The notes beneath the pieces were generated by a model, which saw nothing but the letters and a program-made list of their open reading frames with translations, made no database searches and was not told where the DNA came from. Below, piece by piece: positions 10,068 through 19,866 of a stretch of DNA of 64,000 nucleotides. The stretch is taken from the NCBI GenBank assembly GCA_963821525.1, contig CAWGED010000004.1, positions 256,001-320,000 of the forward strand. Reading direction: 5' to 3'. The position numbers were made by a program, and so were the translations under genes. The first letter of the stretch is position 1. Each line of letters opens with the position of its first letter. Source of the DNA: an uncultured Gemmatimonadales bacterium. GTDB taxonomy: Bacteria > Gemmatimonadota > Gemmatimonadetes > Gemmatimonadales > GWC2-71-9.

Positions 10068-10973
10068 ATGGCCAGACACGGCTTCCTCCTCGCGGCCGGA
10101 GCCGCGCTGCTCACGGCGGGCCTGTTCGCGTGCAGTGACGGCAGCAGCCCGGATTCAACCTCGGACGAATTGACTGCTGCACAAGCGGATTCGCTGGCCG
10201 AGGTGATCACCCAGGATGCGGACGAGCTGGTGGCCGCCTCAGAATTCAATGCTACGTCTGCGGTAGTCCTGAGACACCACGTCAGGATCATCCCGCACTT
10301 CTTTCCGGGCCCGCCTCCGTGTGATCCAGCTATCAGCCCAGACCCTCTCATCAACAGTGACAACGATGCGATTCCCGACTCGGCCCGGTTCGACTTCACC
10401 GGATGCAGCTTCACTCGGGGGCCCTTCGACGTCTCGGTGGGCGGGACTATCGATCTGATAGATCCGAGCCCCACGGTGCCGGAGTTTGCGGTTCGTCTCG
10501 TTTTCAATGACTTCGGCCGGACCTGGACCAATACCCAGACGAACCGGACCCGTTCGGTGATTCACAACGGCAGCCGACAGATTAGCGCCAATGCGGATGA
10601 GCTGAATCACTCGATCAATAATTTCTTGACCGAATACACCTTCGCCAGCGGAGCAACGGCCACCCACGTTCGCAACTGGACCGGACACTTCGATGCCGAG
10701 GTGCCGGGATCGATTGCGTTGGAGTCGCCGCTACCGAGTGGTGACTGGTCCTTTGCCGGCTCGTCTACCTGGACCAAGGGCGCTCGGACCTGGGGTGTGC
10801 AGACCACGACGACCACCGCGCTCCATTATGACCCTGCCTGCAGCGTGGCTCCCCGGTTCACGTCCGGGCAACTCATGCTGACCGTGACCAGGAACGGCCA
10901 CATCGTCAATGTCACAATCGATTTCACCGGCTGCGGCCAGTACAGCGTGACGCGCACCATTCCTACCGCCTGA
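10068..10973 (+). CDS. Hypothetical beta-rich lipoprotein
   Basis: Lipoprotein signal LFAC; GGAG RBS; several paired Cys. Confidence 0.8.
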   Translation: MARHGFLLAAGAALLTAGLFACSDGSSPDSTSDELTAAQADSLAEVITQDADELVAASEFNATSAVVLRHHVRIIPHFFPGPPPCDPAISPDPLINSDNDAIPDSARFDFTGCSFTRGPFDVSVGGTIDLIDPSPTVPEFAVRLVFNDFGRTWTNTQTNRTRSVIHNGSRQISANADELNHSINNFLTEYTFASGATATHVRNWTGHFDAEVPGSIALESPLPSGDWSFAGSSTWTKGARTWGVQTTTTTALHYDPACSVAPRFTSGQLMLTVTRNGHIVNVTIDFTGCGQYSVTRTIPTA

Positions 10974-11109
10974 GTCGGGTCCCCTCTCTCCGGGTGGTCG
11001 GTCCTTGGGGCCGGCCACCCGTCTTATTTCGCGCCACCCCACTCCGCCGCTCTCGGGTTTATATTCCCGCCCCGTTCCAAATGACCCTACCCTGTACCTT
11101 GGAGACAGT

Positions 11110-11811
11110 ATGAGGAAACTGGCTGCATTGGCCGCCTGCGCCGTTCTACTCGGCTGCAACAAGACCGGCGGGAGCACTGGTGGTGGCGCCAGCAGTCTCT
11201 CCAGCACCGAGGACAAGGTCAGCTACATCATCGGCCTTCAGATGGGCAAGAGCCTCAAGGAGCAGAGCATCACCGTCAAGCAGGATCTGCTCATCAAGGG
11301 CTTCAACGATGGCCAGGCGGGCGGGAAGGCCCTGATGACCGACGACGAGATCCGCACCACCATGATGGCTTTCCAGCAGCAGATGATGCAGGCTCAGCAC
11401 GCCAAAGACTCGGCGTCCTCGCTGACGAATGAGAAGGAAGGGAGCGACTTCCTGGCGAGCAACAAGTCCAAGGACGGGGTAAAGACCACTGCGAGCGGAC
11501 TGCAGTACAAGGTGATCAAGGAGGGAACTGGTCCTCATCCCGCGAAGACCAGTGTCGTGACCGTGCACTACAAGGGCACCCTGCTCAACGGGGATGAGTT
11601 CGACAGCTCCTATTCGCGCAACGAGCCAGCGACCTTCCCGCTCAATCAGGTCATCCCGGGCTGGACAGAGGGACTGCAGCTGATGACCGCGGGATCCAAG
11701 TACCAGTTCTGGGTTCCGGCGGCTCTGGCCTACGGTGAGGGCGGCTCACCGCCCAAGATCGGGCCGAACGCGACGCTGATGTTCGAGGTGGAGCTGCTGT
11801 CCTTTAAGTGA
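11110..11811 (+). CDS. fkpA: FKBP-type peptidyl-prolyl isomerase (FkpA/Mip-like lipoprotein)
   Basis: LLGC lipobox; SYIIG N-domain; SGLQY, VTVHYKGTL, FDSSY, VIPGWTEGLQLM, LAYG. Confidence 0.93.
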   Translation: MRKLAALAACAVLLGCNKTGGSTGGGASSLSSTEDKVSYIIGLQMGKSLKEQSITVKQDLLIKGFNDGQAGGKALMTDDEIRTTMMAFQQQMMQAQHAKDSASSLTNEKEGSDFLASNKSKDGVKTTASGLQYKVIKEGTGPHPAKTSVVTVHYKGTLLNGDEFDSSYSRNEPATFPLNQVIPGWTEGLQLMTAGSKYQFWVPAALAYGEGGSPPKIGPNATLMFEVELLSFK

Positions 11812-11812
11812 C

Positions 11813-11890
11813 GAGTAAGAGGACTGGGGACTGAGGACTGAGTGTGAGAGAGCAGAAGACTCAGTCCTCAGTCCTCAGTCCTTTGTACTC
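11813..11890. repeat. Inverted heptamer arrays (AGGACTG)3...(CTCAGTC)3 forming a long hairpin between convergent genes
   Basis: Arms at 11820-11842 and 11860-11882 are reverse complements; probably terminator-like. Confidence 0.9.
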
Positions 11891-11903
11891 ATTACTGGCG
11901 CGA

Positions 11904-12965
11904 CTAGCGCTCAAACTCCACCCTCATAATCCTCCCCTCCGGTCCGACCAGCCACCCCGCCCGCGTGCTGGCAAACCCGGCACTCCAGTAACTCAGCGTA
12001 TCAATGCGGTAGCCAGCTTTGCCCATCGTCCTGGGAGTAGCTTGCCCCGCGCGGGCCCACGGCGACGAGAAGCGGGCCGCCCGCAACGTAAAAGGCGCCG
12101 TAGATCGGCCCCGCGAAGGTAGGCGGATTGCTGCGGAACCAGCTGACCCCGCCGTCGGCGGTGAAGGCCATGTTGTCCCGCGAGGAATCAGGTGCTGCGA
12201 TATCGCCGCCGGCCGCTATGCCGTGCAGCCGGTCCCTGAACGCCAGAGTTGCTATTCCGGTAGTCTGGGTTCCATCAATCACTGGCGTCTCGTGGCTGGT
12301 CCAGTTCTTCCCCCCATCGCTGGTCACCAGCACCCGCGCCTGCTCCCCCGCGGCAGTCCCAATCCACGCATCTCGTTCGCCGACGGTAATCAGGCATGTC
12401 CCGCTCGCCGCAAAGCCGCCCTCACCCGGGGACGCGGGCGGCACCCGCTCGGGAGGAACCCGGGACCAGGAGGATCCGCCATCTGTTGTCGTCAGAATCT
12501 GCAGTTGGCCCTGAACCGCGTCGCCAACCACCAGACCGCGCCTGGCGTCCCAGAATCCGAAACAGTCGTAGAACCCCTTGGGGTCCTGGTTGGTGAACTG
12601 GAGCAGCCAGCGGCGTCCTCCGTCGATCGTTTTGTAGATCCGGGAGCGATCGCCGAGGCCCGCGCTGAGCAGCCAGGCTGTCTCTGTCGTCCACCGCGTA
12701 CACGTCGCGGAATTCGAGAGAATCCGCCCCGTTGACCTGGCCTGCCGATCCAGGTGATGCCGCCGTCGGTGGTCCGGACATAGGTGCCGCCGGCCCCGCT
12801 GGCCCAAACCACCTTGTCGTCCACGACACTGACGGCCTGAAGCCGGAACCGGGTCCCGCTTTGCTGGGGTATGAGGTAGGGGGCATAGGTCCGGGGCGCC
12901 GTCCGTCCCGGGTTCCCACGGCAGGCGGCCAGGAGAACCAGAAGCATCAGGAGTTGTGATCGCAT
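11904..12965 (-). CDS. BNR/Asp-box beta-propeller lipoprotein (YCF48-like), frameshifted
   Basis: LAAC lipobox; repeated TTDGG.(S/T)W Asp boxes; split over ORFs 12492-13046, 12001-12972 and 11904-12086. Confidence 0.85.
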
Positions 12966-13005
12966 GCCCCAACTTGCGCGCTGGGACTGGACGCCGCTAC
13001 TTGTA

Positions 13006-13037
13006 TTACGCACTATGCGTAACCCGTATTGCGTAAC
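13006..13037. promoter_or_regulatory. Candidate operator: TTACGCA-cta-TGCGTAA palindrome plus a second TGCGTAAC
   Basis: Perfect 7-bp inverted repeat at 13006-13022 and a direct copy at 13030-13037, in an AT-rich divergent intergenic region. Confidence 0.6.
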
Positions 13038-13060
13038 GTTTTCCACTCCGGACTGAGTCC

Positions 13061-14242
13061 ATGGCCAAGGCCCTTCCCTCCGCCCCTCGCAATCCCTTCG
13101 AGTTCGGCCGCGAGCTGGGCGCCAATGAACTGGTGGACCGGGAGGCGGAGCTCGAAGCCATCTCCCGGGTCATCAGCAATCGAGGGAAGCTCTTTTTCAT
13201 CGGGCCGCGGCGTTTTGGGAAGACCTCGATCCTCAATGCCACTGAAGAACGGCTGGCGCAATCGGGCATAGCTGTCCTGCGCTACGATGCCGAGGCGTAC
13301 GAGAGCCTGGGCCGTCTGGCGCAGGCCCTGTTGAGCGGAGCTGCCCGGCACCTCGCCGGCTCGCTCGATCGTGCCGGGGAAACGACGCGGAAATTCTTCG
13401 CCAAGCTGCGGCCCAATGTCACCTATGACCTCGCCGACCATCGCCTGTCAGTATCGATTGGCGTATCGCCCGAACGGGGAAAGACGGAGCTGCCGCTGCT
13501 TACCGACGTGCTCGACGGCATCGAGCAACTGGCGGCAAAGGAACGACGGCCGGTGGCGGTGGTGCTCGACGAGTTCCAGCAGGTGATTCGCGAAGGCGGC
13601 GAGGAGGCCGAGCGCCAGCTCCGGGCCACGATCCAGCGCCATCGCCACGTGGCATACGTGTTCGCCGGCTCGAAGACCCGGTTGCTGGCCGACATAACGA
13701 GCGATCCTGGCCGCGCCTTCTGGAAGCTGGGCCAGCGGCTCTTTCTCGGCCCCATCCCTCGCGAAGCCTTTCGCCCCTTCCTCGAGCGGGGATTCTCCTT
13801 TGCCGGATTCACCTCTACTCCGGAAGGGGTCGAACGAATTCTGGATCTCTCGGAAGACGTGCCCTACAACGTGCAGCGCCTCGCCAGCGCCTGCTGGGAG
13901 GAGTTGCGCGTCTCAACCGACCACACCCTTACCGCCGGGCAGGTTGACCCGGCCCTCCGTACCGTCGTGCAGGGTGAGAATCCGGCCTACATGCAGGTGT
14001 GGCAGAGCCTGACCCAGGTGCAGAAGAAAGCGCTCAAGGCGGTGATCGAGGAGCAGGGACGCGAGTTACTGGCCCGAGCCGTCCTGCAGCGTCACGGGCT
14101 GGCCGCCTCCTCATTGCAGCGCGCGCTCCGTTCGCTCGACACGCTTGGCCTTATTCGGGAGGACGAATCGCCCGAGGGGGTGAGGTATCGGCTGGAGGAT
14201 CCGTTCCTTGCGGCGTGGCTTGCGATGGCGCAGAGGGACTGA
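13061..14242 (+). CDS. P-loop ATPase (archaeal ATPase/STAND-like) with C-terminal winged helix
   Basis: NPF motif, Walker A GPRRFGKTS, Walker B VVLDEFQ, FAGS, PYNVQ, C-terminal LRSLDTLGLI...DPFLAAWL. Confidence 0.9.
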   Translation: MAKALPSAPRNPFEFGRELGANELVDREAELEAISRVISNRGKLFFIGPRRFGKTSILNATEERLAQSGIAVLRYDAEAYESLGRLAQALLSGAARHLAGSLDRAGETTRKFFAKLRPNVTYDLADHRLSVSIGVSPERGKTELPLLTDVLDGIEQLAAKERRPVAVVLDEFQQVIREGGEEAERQLRATIQRHRHVAYVFAGSKTRLLADITSDPGRAFWKLGQRLFLGPIPREAFRPFLERGFSFAGFTSTPEGVERILDLSEDVPYNVQRLASACWEELRVSTDHTLTAGQVDPALRTVVQGENPAYMQVWQSLTQVQKKALKAVIEEQGRELLARAVLQRHGLAASSLQRALRSLDTLGLIREDESPEGVRYRLEDPFLAAWLAMAQRD

Positions 14243-14243
14243 G

Positions 14244-14275
14244 GGAATTGAAGATTGCAGATTGAAGATTGATTG
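14244..14275 (+). repeat. Heptamer array (AAGATTG/CAGATTG)
   Basis: GGAATTG AAGATTG CAGATTG AAGATTG directly after the ATPase stop; same family at 22245-22277 (minus strand) and 25960-25995. Confidence 0.85.
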
Positions 14276-14290
14276 GGGGGTTAGTATACT
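14262..14290 (+). promoter_or_regulatory. sigma70-type promoter of the ParB-like gene
   Basis: TTGAAG (14262-14267), 17-nt spacer, TATACT (14285-14290). Confidence 0.65.
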
Positions 14291-14337
14291 CTGACAGTTT
14301 CCCTGTACTTCCTGTGATGCGCATACGAGGCGCTGTA

Positions 14338-15309
14338 ATGGCTGACGAGACGAAGCCCGCAAAAAAGAAAGCAACCCGACGGAAGAAGATTGCCGCCCCC
14401 CGTGGACTGGCGGCCCCTGAAGTCGTCGGTGGATCGGCTGAGGCCATTGACGAACTGGCTGCTGGGGTCGTGGCGGACGGTGGCGCCGTAGTCGGCTCTT
14501 ATCGCGAGCCACTGGGAGGCATGTGGCAGCTGGTGGCGGCACTGCCCATCGAGAAGGTCTCGGCCACTCCTTACCAGCGTGATCTGTCTCCGGCCCACGT
14601 CACCCGTTTGTCCCAGGCCATCGACAAGCTGGGCCGCTTCATGGATCCGATCGTCGCGGTTCGCACGCCCGATGGCCTCTACTGGACGCCGAATGGCCAT
14701 CATCGGCTTGCCGCGATGCGCGTGTTGGGTGCCCGGTCGATCATGGCACTGGTGGTCCCGGAAGCGGAGGTTGCCCACCGCATCCTCGTTCTCAATACCG
14801 AGAAGGCCCACAACGTCCGGGAGCGCGCCTTCGAGGTGATTCGTCTGGCGGAGGATCTGGCCCAGCTCGATGACGGCCTCGAGAGCAGCTACGAGACCGA
14901 GTTCGAGGAGCCGTCTCTGCTGACGCTGGGCTGCTGCTACCAGGTCAACGGTCGCTTTTCGGGTGGCGCCTACCAGCCGGTGCTCAAGCGGGTCGAGAGT
15001 TTCATGGCTCTCAAGCTTTCCCGTGCTCTCGAAGTGCGGCGGGAACGGGCCACTCAACTGCTGGAGCTCGATGCCGCGGTGGCCGAGGCGGTTGCAGCGC
15101 TCAAGAAGCGAGGCTTCGAGAGTCCTTACCTCAAGGCGTTCGTCCTGGCGAGAATCAATCCCCTGCGGTGGGACAAATCGGAGAAGAAGCCGCCATTCGA
15201 TGCCACGATCGCCAAGATGCTTGCCGCCGTAGCCAAATTCGATAGCAGCAAGGTCAGAGCTGATCAGGTCGCCCGCAGCGGTGGTCCGCCGGACGACTCC
15301 CAGAGCTAG
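14338..15309 (+). CDS. Orphan ParB/Srx N-terminal domain protein
   Basis: PYQRDLS...LGRFMDPIVAV...PNGHHRLAA (GxxRxxA motif); basic N-terminal tail. Confidence 0.85.
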   Translation: MADETKPAKKKATRRKKIAAPRGLAAPEVVGGSAEAIDELAAGVVADGGAVVGSYREPLGGMWQLVAALPIEKVSATPYQRDLSPAHVTRLSQAIDKLGRFMDPIVAVRTPDGLYWTPNGHHRLAAMRVLGARSIMALVVPEAEVAHRILVLNTEKAHNVRERAFEVIRLAEDLAQLDDGLESSYETEFEEPSLLTLGCCYQVNGRFSGGAYQPVLKRVESFMALKLSRALEVRRERATQLLELDAAVAEAVAALKKRGFESPYLKAFVLARINPLRWDKSEKKPPFDATIAKMLAAVAKFDSSKVRADQVARSGGPPDDSQS

Positions 15310-15335
15310 TTTCCTCTCTTCCCCAGGACTTCTTC

Positions 15336-15902
15336 ATGGCCGATCATTGGATCTCGGTTCGTCGCCGGTTCGCGCTGGCTCTCCTGCTGTTTATCCCCGC
15401 GGGCCTCTCCGCCCAGGAACGAATCACGATCGGATTCGGTGGCGGCGCCACGATTCCCGCCGGCACGACGGCGGACAACTTCACGACCGGATGGAACGTT
15501 CTCCTGAACGCGCAGTACACTCGCGCCCGCACTCCGTTCGGCGGCGAAATGTCTTTCGCCTATCATGAAATGGACCTGAAAGGCGGCGCGTTCGGCAAGA
15601 CTAAGATCATCGCGCTTACCACGTCTCTGCTCGTCAGCTTCCCGACCGACCCGCGATCCAAGTCCGCTGTCCGGGTCACCTTCGCTGGCGGAATCGGGGG
15701 GTACTTCCATGAGCTGGAACTGAACGGATCGAGCGACACCAACTATCCCTTCGGAGTGAACGGTGGCGCGGGCATCGACCTCTACATGAACAAGAAGCGG
15801 ACCGCAGCGATTTTTCTGGACGCGCGGTATCACCACATTTTCGCCAGTCAGGACGTCGACATGATCCCGATCACCTTCGGCTTGAAGCTCCGGGCGAAGT
15901 AA
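15336..15902 (+). CDS. Outer-membrane beta-barrel protein
   Basis: Signal peptide (LSAQ); alternating Gly/aromatic strands (FGVNGGAGIDL, FLDARYHHIF, IPITFGLKL). Confidence 0.8.
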   Translation: MADHWISVRRRFALALLLFIPAGLSAQERITIGFGGGATIPAGTTADNFTTGWNVLLNAQYTRARTPFGGEMSFAYHEMDLKGGAFGKTKIIALTTSLLVSFPTDPRSKSAVRVTFAGGIGGYFHELELNGSSDTNYPFGVNGGAGIDLYMNKKRTAAIFLDARYHHIFASQDVDMIPITFGLKLRAK

Positions 15903-15914
15903 CCAGCCACCGGT

Positions 15915-16421
15915 ATGGGTCACACTATGGTCGCACTGCGCGCATGCACCGCCCGTCTTTCCTGGCTCATGGTTCTTATGGTATTGGCGCGGCCGCTTGC
16001 GGCGCAGGATTCCTCTGGCAGCGGCGGGGGCGGTGACATCGAGCTCTCCCGAGCCCAGATCCAGGCCGAGCGCCAGGCGATCATCAACCGGGCGATGGAA
16101 CTGACCGATTCGGAGAGTACGGTTTTCTGGCCGCTGTATCGGGAATTCCGCACCAAGATGGCGGCAGTGACCGACCGGCAGGTGGCGGTGATCAAGCAGT
16201 ACGCCGCCACGTACAACTCGATGACCGACGACCAGGCGGACAAGCTGATGTCGAACTACATGGATTTTCAGAAGGACAAGCTGAACCTGGAGAAGGACTA
16301 CGTGAAGAAGTTCAAGAAGATCCTGCCGACCCGGAAAGTCGCCCGGTATTTCCAGCTCGAGCACAAGCTCGACGCGGTCATCGATTACGATCTGGCCAGG
16401 GCCATCCCGCTACTGCAGTAG
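15915..16421 (+). CDS. Periplasmic alpha-helical protein (Spy/CpxP-like, uncertain)
   Basis: Signal peptide (LAAQ); MELTDSESTVFWPLYREF, KKFKKILP. Confidence 0.65.
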   Translation: MGHTMVALRACTARLSWLMVLMVLARPLAAQDSSGSGGGGDIELSRAQIQAERQAIINRAMELTDSESTVFWPLYREFRTKMAAVTDRQVAVIKQYAATYNSMTDDQADKLMSNYMDFQKDKLNLEKDYVKKFKKILPTRKVARYFQLEHKLDAVIDYDLARAIPLLQ

Positions 16422-16430
16422 GAACCGCCT

Positions 16431-17258
16431 TCAGGGCGAGCGCCTGCTCAAGCCGACATAGAGCAGGCGGGCGAAACGCTCGCCGTAACGAGATCCGCCG
16501 AAAGCCTGATCGAATTCTCGAGTCGGTTGAGTAGCGAGGTATTGCTCCACCGACTGGCCCGCCCCGATTGCCGCAAGGGTTCGCTCCCGCATCGTCACCA
16601 GCATCTTCCGGTAGGTCGCGACTTCGCTGCGGTTGGTCACCCAGCCGTGCCCGGGCACGATACGGGTCTTGTCGTCGGCATGGGCCAGGACGAGATCCAC
16701 TCCCCGGATCATTCCGTCCAGCGTCCCGCCGCCCCACCAGTCGAGGAAGGGAGGCGCTCCCAGCTCGACGATATCCCCGGTGTGAATCACGTTCGCATCC
16801 CGGAACCAGATGACGGCGTCGCCGCTGGTGTGGGCCGAATCGGCATGGAGTGCCGTGACATGGCCCTCGAAGGGCAAAGTCAGCGAGTCGTCGAACACGC
16901 TGTCCGGCAGGGCGGCCGGGTCGGCTGCCTCCCGGTGCCATTCCTCCCACTCGGTAATCACTGTGTCCTTCTTCGCTTCGCCGACCAGGAGCCGTTGGGC
17001 GAAGATGCGCGCACCCTGGGCCCGCCAGTGCGGATTGCCCTCGATATGATCGGCGTGATAGTGGGTGTTCACCAGCAGCTGGACTGGCAACTTCGTGACG
17101 GTACGGAGCGCCGAATCAGCCAGCCCAACCCGGCGCCCGCTCTGGCCATCAACCAGCAGCACGCCCTTGGAGCCAACCAGGGCGACGATGTTGCCGTTGG
17201 TGAAGCCGGAGATGACGTAGACGCTCGGCACTACCTGGGCGATCCGCATGGTCATCAC
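16431..17258 (-). CDS. MBL-fold metallo-hydrolase
   Basis: NTHYHADHIEGN, AHTSGD, HTGD, VPGHG; signal peptide apparently out of frame upstream. Confidence 0.88.
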   Translation of the reverse strand: MMTMRIAQVVPSVYVISGFTNGNIVALVGSKGVLLVDGQSGRRVGLADSALRTVTKLPVQLLVNTHYHADHIEGNPHWRAQGARIFAQRLLVGEAKKDTVITEWEEWHREAADPAALPDSVFDDSLTLPFEGHVTALHADSAHTSGDAVIWFRDANVIHTGDIVELGAPPFLDWWGGGTLDGMIRGVDLVLAHADDKTRIVPGHGWVTNRSEVATYRKMLVTMRERTLAAIGAGQSVEQYLATQPTREFDQAFGGSRYGERFARLLYVGLSRRSP

Positions 17259-17388
17259 ATCCTGCTGCCTGGGCGTGAAGGCGCCCGCGGAAGAGGATGG
17301 CGATTGCGACAGAAGAAATGCAGGGGCACAGATGTCGCCGAGGCGTGACGGAATGGAGTCTTATGCGAGATCAATGTTTTCTTGTGTT

Positions 17389-17459
17389 CTCCGCGTTCTC
17401 TGCGTCTCCGCGGTGGCAGTTTGACCAGATGAAACGCAGAGGCGCAGAGGTCGCCGAGG
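17389..17459. repeat. Inverted 8-9-mer arrays (CTCCGCGTT/CTCTGCGT ... ACGCAGAG/GCGCAGAG)
   Basis: Arms at 17389-17414 and 17432-17459; similar CGCGG-rich units at about 8146-8250. Confidence 0.7.
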
Positions 17460-17478
17460 CCTGAGGAATGGGCGGAAA

Positions 17479-19799
17479 TCAGGGAGGTGGTTTCCGATGC
17501 ACGGCTACTCCGGCTAATTTCGGCCTCGGACCGCTCTGCGTCCCCAACGGCCTCAATGTCCCGCCAGCCGGAAGATTCTCCTCGACGAATCGGGTCAGCA
17601 GGCTGTAGAGGTGCAGCGTCGTGCCCTGCCCCTCGAAGATCCCGTGAGTCCGGTTGGGGTACTCCATCATGGTGAAGGGCCGGTTCGCCGCCACCAGCGC
17701 GTTGATCAGCCGCTCGGTGCCCTGGTAGTGCACGTTGTCATCCCCGCTGCCATGGACGACCAGCAGCTTCGCTTTCAGATTGGCGGCAAAGTTGAGCGGT
17801 GAGCTGCGCTTGTAGTCTTCCTCGTTCTGCTCGGGGAGCCCCATGTAGCGCTCCTGGTAGATCGTGTCGTACAGGTGCACGTCGGGCACCGGTGCGACTG
17901 CCATGCCCATGCGGTATACCTCGGGATCGCGGAACAGGACATTGAGCGTCGTGGATCCCCCGCCGCTCCAACCCCAGACGCCGAGCCGGGTGGAGTCGAC
18001 CCACTTCCAGCGGCCGATGGCTCGCGCGGCGCCCGCCTGATCGTCCGAGACCAGGAGTCCGAATTTCCGATAGATGCACTTGCGCCATTCCCGTCCGCGG
18101 AGCGACGGCGTGCCCCGGTTGTCGAGGCTCATGACCACGTAGCCCTGCTGGGTGAGCATGAGGTGCCAGAGGTAGTCCTCCCAGCCCCAGCTGTCCAACA
18201 CGGTCTGCGCGGCCGGCTCGCCGTAGACGGTGAACAACACCGGATACTTGAGTGTCGAGTCGAAGCCGGGCGGACGCATCACGTAGCCGTCGAGGGTGAC
18301 GCCGTTGCCCGCATCCACCTTGAAGAAACCCGCCGGCCCACGCTTGAGCCGGGCGACGGTCTCCTTGAGCTTGGCGTTGTCCACCAGGGTGCGGACCACC
18401 TTGTGATCGGGGAGATGAATCAGCTCGGTCACCGGCGGCACGCCGAAAGACGAGTAGTAGTGGAAGGCCCACGCCGCGCCCGGCGCGATTGAATAGTTGT
18501 GGGTGCCGGCCTGATCGGCGGGCGTCAACCGCTCGGCCGGAGCGCTGCCGTCGAGTCGCGCACGGTAGAGGTAGCGCTGCGTCGGGTTGTCGGGCGAAGC
18601 GCTGGTAGTAGACCCATCCGCCGGTTTCGTCGATGGTGAGCACCTGCGCGATATCGAAGTTGCCCGGCGTCAGGAGGTGCAGGTCGCTCCCGTCCCGCGA
18701 CACGGTGTACATGTGGCGCCAGCCGTCCCGCTCGCTGACCCAGGTGAAGCGCTTGCCACCGTCCAGCCAGCGCATGTCGTCGACCACGTCCACCCAGGCG
18801 CTGTCCTGGTCGGTCAGGATGGTGCGCACCTTGCCGCTCTTGGCATCACCCAGCATCAGCTGCAGAGTGTTCTGCAGGCGATTGAAGTGCTGCAGCACCA
18901 CCTCGTCCGAGGTGGCGGCCCACTCCATTCGTGCGATGTAGGTGTTGCGGGGATCGCCCGGCGTCTCCAGCCAGCGCGTCTTGCCGCCGCCGGCGTCCAC
19001 TACGCCCACCCGGCAGGAAGAGTTGGTGGTCCCCGCCTTGGGGTACTGAACCGGAATGGTGAAGGAGTAGAGCGAGTCGGTGTTGTTGATCAGCAGGAAA
19101 TCCCGCACGCCTGAGGCGTCGAGCTGCCAGTAGGCAATCCGCTTGCCGTCGGGGCTCCAGCGGAAACCGTCCCGATCGTCGAATTCTTCCTCGTAGACCC
19201 AATCGAAGGTCCCGTTGATCGTGGTGCGAGACCCGTCCGACGTGAGCCGGGTGATCTTCCCGTCCTTGAGCCGCTCCACATAGAGGTTGTTCTCCCTCAC
19301 GTAGGCGACGCGATCGGCCTGGGGGGAGAACTTGGCGAACATGAGGGTCGAGGGCTTGGCCTCCGATCCTCCCAGTTTCCGGAGTTTGCCGGTGGCGACT
19401 TCGAGGACCCAGTAGTCGCCCCTTGGTGTTCTGGCGCCACACGCGCTTGGAGTTGGTGTACAGCAGGACCCGCTGCCCGTCGGTGGAGAACGTGAAGTTT
19501 TCCACCCGGAGGGGGACCGAATCGCCGGTCGGGATCAACTTCGCCGCCGCCAGCAGGACCTGCTTCTGTCCGGTGGCCGGATCGGTTCGCACGAGGTCAC
19601 GCCCCCGACCATCGGGAGCACGCTCGAAGGTGGTGTATCCCGAATCCCGGAGCCAACGGGCGGGCCCGAAGAAATCCGGTGAAAAGTCTTCCGAGTTGAA
19701 GAGCCGCTCGAGAGTGACCAGCGAGGAATCTTGCTGGGCGGCGAGGGCAGGCGCTCCCACCAGGATCGCAAACGTAGCCGCGAGAGGATGCAGACGCAT
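17479..19799 (-). CDS. Dipeptidyl-peptidase IV-like S9B peptidase, secreted (frameshifts at about 19420 and 18600)
   Basis: Signal peptide; NGTFDWVYEEE, YPKAGTTN, GWSGGG nucleophile, DDNVH, His motif. Confidence 0.93.
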
Positions 19800-19866
19800 T
19801 CGGCACTCGGGAAAGGGATTCGTGATGACCGGGTTCGCGGGATACTACGACGATATCGCCGCCTGG

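Noticed and set aside
14338..15309. Chromosomal parABS locus
   Set aside because: No parA, no parS palindrome (TGTTTCACGTGAAACA-like) and no origin genes were seen.
16431..17258. MBL 'cyclase-like' hydrolase as the missing KynB
   Set aside because: It has the HxHxDH MBL motif rather than the KynB HxGTHxDxPxH motif, lies about 9 kb from the cluster and is probably exported.
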